A stretch of 64,000 nt of DNA, taken from the NCBI GenBank assembly GCA_900547755.1, contig URIC01000003.1, positions 777 to 64,776 of the forward strand, given 5' to 3'. Below the pieces are notes generated by a model. That model saw only the letters and a program-made list of their open reading frames with translations. It was not told the origin of the DNA and ran no database searches. Made by a program: the position numbers and the translations under genes. Each line of letters begins with the position of its first letter. Position 1 is the first letter of the stretch. Origin of the DNA: an uncultured Bacteroidales bacterium. Its GTDB lineage: Bacteria; Bacteroidota; Bacteroidia; Bacteroidales; Muribaculaceae. Below are positions 60,118 to 64,000 of the stretch, in pieces.

Positions 60118-61141
60118 TATAGTATCGGTTTTTCAAGAGCTTCGTGCTTCCGCATAAACAATCTTTCGACAGGGAATGTAATCTTGTTGACAATCAACGA
60201 ACAAGCATAGCTTATGACAGTAACCACAACAAATATCAGCGGCGGGTATTCAAATGAGTATATGAAGTGGTGAAAAAGGTAGTAACAGAACCACGAATGT
60301 ATCATCCACATATTCATTGACTGGTCTCCAAGTTTACCGAGCGTGGTCTTTATCCTATGAGGCATTTTGACAAATAGCAGACAAGTGATTATGCCGAAAG
60401 CATAAAAGAAGTTATATTTGAATACGCAACTAATTGACACAAGAACAATTACTCCCGACAATCCTAAAATTCCGATATGACGAATTTTACCAATACGGGC
60501 AGATAGCCGCTCGAAAAAGTTGCACCTTGCAGTCATCGCGCCAAGACAGAAGTTGAACAGAAAATGGAAGACCAGCAGAGGGTCGTAGGCCCAATAATTG
60601 GAATATAGAAACTCAGCTCCGTAACGGCTTATGCAGTAACTCGTGACAAGGTGTATGAAGAGAGTGACCGTGACGACCTGCCATGCGCGAAACCGTTTAA
60701 TAAAACCGAAAAGTGGTTTCGAGCAAGCCGACAATATCACATAAGGAAGCAGGAACCACATTTCGCCGTTATATGTGGTCTGATAGCCTGAAACGTTGCT
60801 TAGAATCTTTAAGAATGAACCAGGATAAGCGTACGGTTGAATGAAGTGACCGACAGTGACAAAAATCAGAAGTACAACCCAATAGTGAATCATCAGCTTC
60901 AAGAGCCTCGACCACCTATGCCTATCTCCTTTTCATATGCCCTGTAGAGACCGTAGCCGCCGAGTATGAGGAAGAAGGCCACCGGATTCGCTGCCCGGCT
61001 TAATATGGATACGAGGGGAGTTCCGTCGACAAACAGCAGGTTGTGGCATAATGCCACATTGGATTCCTGGTTGAATAAATGGAGAAATATCATCAGGAGT
61101 ATCGCTACCCCTTTCATCATCTGCGATTGCTGGCGTGTCAT
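60117..61141 (-). pseudogene. Acyltransferase family 3, split by a 1-nt frameshift near 60930
   Basis: The 5' ORF (KGVAILLMIFLH) and 3' ORF (YNGEMWFL, SMNMWMIH) join into one frame if one base is added to the A4 run (+ strand TTTT 60930-60933). Confidence 0.8.
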
Positions 61142-62208
61142 AGTGATTGATATATCGCCGAATAGCCGTCGGCCATTTCGGAGATGTCGAATCGCTGAGC
61201 CCGTCTGCTGCAGGCGGCAGCGACCGCTTCATACAGTTCGGGGGATTCTTCGAGCCGCGATATTTCGGCGGCCAATCTCTTTGAGTCTTGGTACGGGAAC
61301 AGTACTCCGGCACCGCATACCACCTCGCGCAGACCGTCGACATCGGAGGCCAGGAACGGCTTGCCGACGCTCATGCCTTCGACCGACGAGAGAGAAAGGC
61401 CCTCGAAGTGCGATGACATCACCACATAGTCGGCGGCGTGCAGCAACTGGGGGACATCGGTGCGCAGTCCGAGGAAATGCACCCGGCCCGTCAGTCCGTT
61501 CTTATTCACAAGAGTCTCGAGCTCCTGCCTGCGGACACCGTCGCCTACAAGGAAAAGATGGAAGCGCTCCGGAAGTCCCAAGAGCGATTTGATAAGAGTG
61601 TCCTGGTCCTTTTCCCGGCGGAAACCCGCCACCATCATTATCTTGCGGCTGCCAGGGGCGATTGACTCGAGCACGCCGGAGGCCGTTGCTCCGGCGTATC
61701 CGGCCACGTCGATGCCGTTGTTTATGGTGCATATCTCGGCTTTTGACGTGCCGATGAACTCCCGGAGGTTTTCTTCGGCTTTCCCGGAGATACAGATGAC
61801 TTTACGGTAACGGGAATACATCCAGCGGTCAACGGCGGCATACCACCTCCAGGCGCGCCGGCGGTTGGAGGTGGTATGCTCTGTGGTGCATAGCACCACA
61901 GAGCATAACACGCCGCCTATGGCGGCGAACAGCTGCGGAGCGGTGTTGTGGGTGTGTACCACGTCGTATTTCTTAAGATAGGGAATCAGCCTCAGCAGCC
62001 GTAGCGGAGAATAGACCGAGCCGCCGATACCCAAATCATGGACTTTTATTCCGGCCGCCTCGACATCGTGCCTGAAAGGGGTCTCCGTGCCGTCGAACAG
62101 CAACAGCTCGACATCGTGCCCCTTTGCCTTGAGCCTCGGCAGCAAGTCCACCATCAGTTTTTCCGCTCCGCCGGTGCGAAGGGACGTTATAACGTGAAGT
62201 ATCTTCAT
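61138..62208 (-). CDS. Glycosyltransferase family 4
   Basis: LRTGGAEK, INNGID, SHFEGLSLSSVE. Confidence 0.92.
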   Translation of the reverse strand: MKILHVITSLRTGGAEKLMVDLLPRLKAKGHDVELLLFDGTETPFRHDVEAAGIKVHDLGIGGSVYSPLRLLRLIPYLKKYDVVHTHNTAPQLFAAIGGVLCSVVLCTTEHTTSNRRRAWRWYAAVDRWMYSRYRKVICISGKAEENLREFIGTSKAEICTINNGIDVAGYAGATASGVLESIAPGSRKIMMVAGFRREKDQDTLIKSLLGLPERFHLFLVGDGVRRQELETLVNKNGLTGRVHFLGLRTDVPQLLHAADYVVMSSHFEGLSLSSVEGMSVGKPFLASDVDGLREVVCGAGVLFPYQDSKRLAAEISRLEESPELYEAVAAACSRRAQRFDISEMADGYSAIYQSL

Positions 62209-63068
62209 CGGAAGTTTTCGATAATTCTAATCAGAGTTCCCGGCAAGAATGCAAGTATGGACAAGGGTGCCAGCATCTTGTATTTTCTTCGGTATGGGGC
62301 TTTTTTGAATCTCCAGAAATTGACCGCCGCTTTCAGGCGCCACAATGCGGGAATCCCATCATGGAAGTGCTCCGCATAAAAAGTCATGGAAGCCACAGGA
62401 GACTCACGACGCATACGTGTTATTTTCGCAGTCAGTCCATCAGGGAGATATTCACATACATATATTCCCTCATGTGCATATCTCATTTTATATCTGCGGG
62501 CTATTCTAAACCATACCAATGCTTCAGGACAGAACTTCTCACCCGGAATCTCGGGGAACGGATATCGCCGTAACACATCCGTCTTGAACACTTCCGCAAG
62601 GTCTCCTGCAATCCCGTATTTCAATCTGATGTCTATCGCGTTGGCGTCTATAAAACCGAAATCGCCGCCTCCGCCGATTTTTCCGCCCTCCGGCCGGATA
62701 CGAATCCCGGAAAGCCCTGCAAACCCATTGTCGTCTTCAATCAATTCCGCCGTGCGGCGAATCCAGTCGACGGCATTATCTGTGACGTAATCGTCAGAAT
62801 CGACTATAAAGAACCACTTTCCATGGGCCTCACGGACGCCCCGATTGATTGCAGTGTGTTTGCCGCCGTTTTTCTGCCGTATGAACCGGATGTCTATTTT
62901 ATGTTCCGCGATGAATCGCCGTACCAGTGTTTCTATATCGTCGGTAGAGCCGTCATCCACTATCAGCCATTCGAAATCACGGCAAGTCTGCCGGCAAAGG
63001 CTTTGATAAAGTTGCGGAATTATATACGCACGGTTGTAGACCGGCGTAAAGACAGTAAGAAAAGGCAC
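62205..63068 (-). CDS. Glycosyltransferase family 2
   Basis: VFTPVYNRA, VDDGSTD, VDSDD; GTG start. Confidence 0.92.
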   Translation of the reverse strand: MPFLTVFTPVYNRAYIIPQLYQSLCRQTCRDFEWLIVDDGSTDDIETLVRRFIAEHKIDIRFIRQKNGGKHTAINRGVREAHGKWFFIVDSDDYVTDNAVDWIRRTAELIEDDNGFAGLSGIRIRPEGGKIGGGGDFGFIDANAIDIRLKYGIAGDLAEVFKTDVLRRYPFPEIPGEKFCPEALVWFRIARRYKMRYAHEGIYVCEYLPDGLTAKITRMRRESPVASMTFYAEHFHDGIPALWRLKAAVNFWRFKKAPYRRKYKMLAPLSILAFLPGTLIRIIENFR

Positions 63069-63080
63069 CGTTTTAAGAAA

Positions 63081-64000
63081 TTAGATGAACAATCTGAATA
63101 TATTCTCTCCGAGTAATATCATTCCGAGCCATGTACCTTCCCTCAGACTCATCTTCTGCTTAAGCAAAGGATATACAAGCACGAAAGGAATCATGAACCA
63201 GGAAAGGTAGGCGAAGCGGTCGGAATAATTCGCGCGGATAACCAGAATCCAGAATATGTTGGTGAGCAGATAGGCGTTATAGACCAGGGAGTAAAACCGG
63301 TCTTTATCGAATCCTTTCCGGTATTTGTAATACCATCCTACAAGCACCGGAATCAGGGAATACAATATAAAGTCTATGCGGAAACCTATGTTGTATCGAG
63401 ATTCTGTAGTGGTAAGGTAAGAAGTGCGCTGGTCTTCGCCCATTCCGGCAAACAGGCCGTTGAAAAAACCGCCGGCCACAAACGACAGAGGAATAGAAAT
63501 CATCCATAATCTGAAAAACAGAGGCGTATTGTCGAAACGCCGGCATATCAGAATCATAGCGCCCGGAATGACCATGGACGTGTGAATACTTACAGCAACG
63601 GCCAATAGCGCGATAAGTCGCCACAATGATTTATAATCCGACAGGGCAAGCACCACAAACGAAATAGCCAATCCGGCTCGCATCGTATTGAGGTTATAAC
63701 TGACAAAACCCATTGAAAGTACTGCGGCAATCAAGAGCCAATAGGAATTGCCCCGCACCATTTTTCTAATCGCGATATAATAATTCACCAAATAAATAAG
63801 CGATATGACGAACATGAATTGAGTCACATTCAGAAATCGCGAAAAGAAGTATTGGATAAGTTGAAAGCCTACTTCTTCCGTAGAAAAATCCACTTTTGAC
63901 AACCCATTCTTAAAAGCTAAGAAATACTGTGCATAGTTCGCTCTGTCAGTTGAATAGCCCCATTCTATAGGATAACATCCCAGCAAAATCAACATTCCGG
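63081..64000 (-). CDS. EpsG family polysaccharide polymerase (Wzy-like), 5' end outside the window
   Basis: STDRANYAQYF, NTMRAGLA, IHTS, SDRFAYLSW; multi-TM. Confidence 0.82.
   Translation of the reverse strand, partial: GMLILLGCYPIEWGYSTDRANYAQYFLAFKNGLSKVDFSTEEVGFQLIQYFFSRFLNVTQFMFVISLIYLVNYYIAIRKMVRGNSYWLLIAAVLSMGFVSYNLNTMRAGLAISFVVLALSDYKSLWRLIALLAVAVSIHTSMVIPGAMILICRRFDNTPLFFRLWMISIPLSFVAGGFFNGLFAGMGEDQRTSYLTTTESRYNIGFRIDFILYSLIPVLVGWYYKYRKGFDKDRFYSLVYNAYLLTNIFWILVIRANYSDRFAYLSWFMIPFVLVYPLLKQKMSLREGTWLGMILLGENIFRLFI

Noticed and set aside
1..64000. CRISPR array
   Set aside because: No series of three or more regularly spaced repeats was found; the repeats seen are two-copy only.

Overview
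Chromosomal window from a gut Bacteroidales bacterium, probably Muribaculaceae-like. This is inferred from the gene content, the GC-rich coding DNA and the TAnnTTTG promoters. Positions 1-37.5 kb are mostly housekeeping genes: glycerate kinase, ddl, ileS, dksA/traR, lspA, ompA-like, rimM, murA, tsaB, recQ, recJ, proC, lepA, htpG, asd, fabD, an S9 peptidase, valS, manA, tRNA-Leu, glgP, glycogen synthase and tRNA-Ser. A small AT-rich insert at 18.4-19.6 kb holds two paralogous exported proteins and the scar of a deleted AAA/PD-(D/E)XK gene. An accessory region starts directly after tRNA-Ser(GCT). Its first gene is a 1029-aa reverse transcriptase-nitrilase fusion (DRT1/UG1-UG5-like candidate anti-phage system), with a membrane-protein gene directly upstream. 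Transport and metal genes follow. Next, two paralogous, outward-facing tyrosine recombinases bracket a cupin/HxlR/class A beta-lactamase/DUF2284/acyltransferase cargo. The window ends in the distal part of a surface-polysaccharide locus, which contains a frameshifted acyltransferase and an unexplained ~150-nt structured non-coding element. No CRISPR array or rRNA was seen. All calls are from reading the sequence; no database searches were run.
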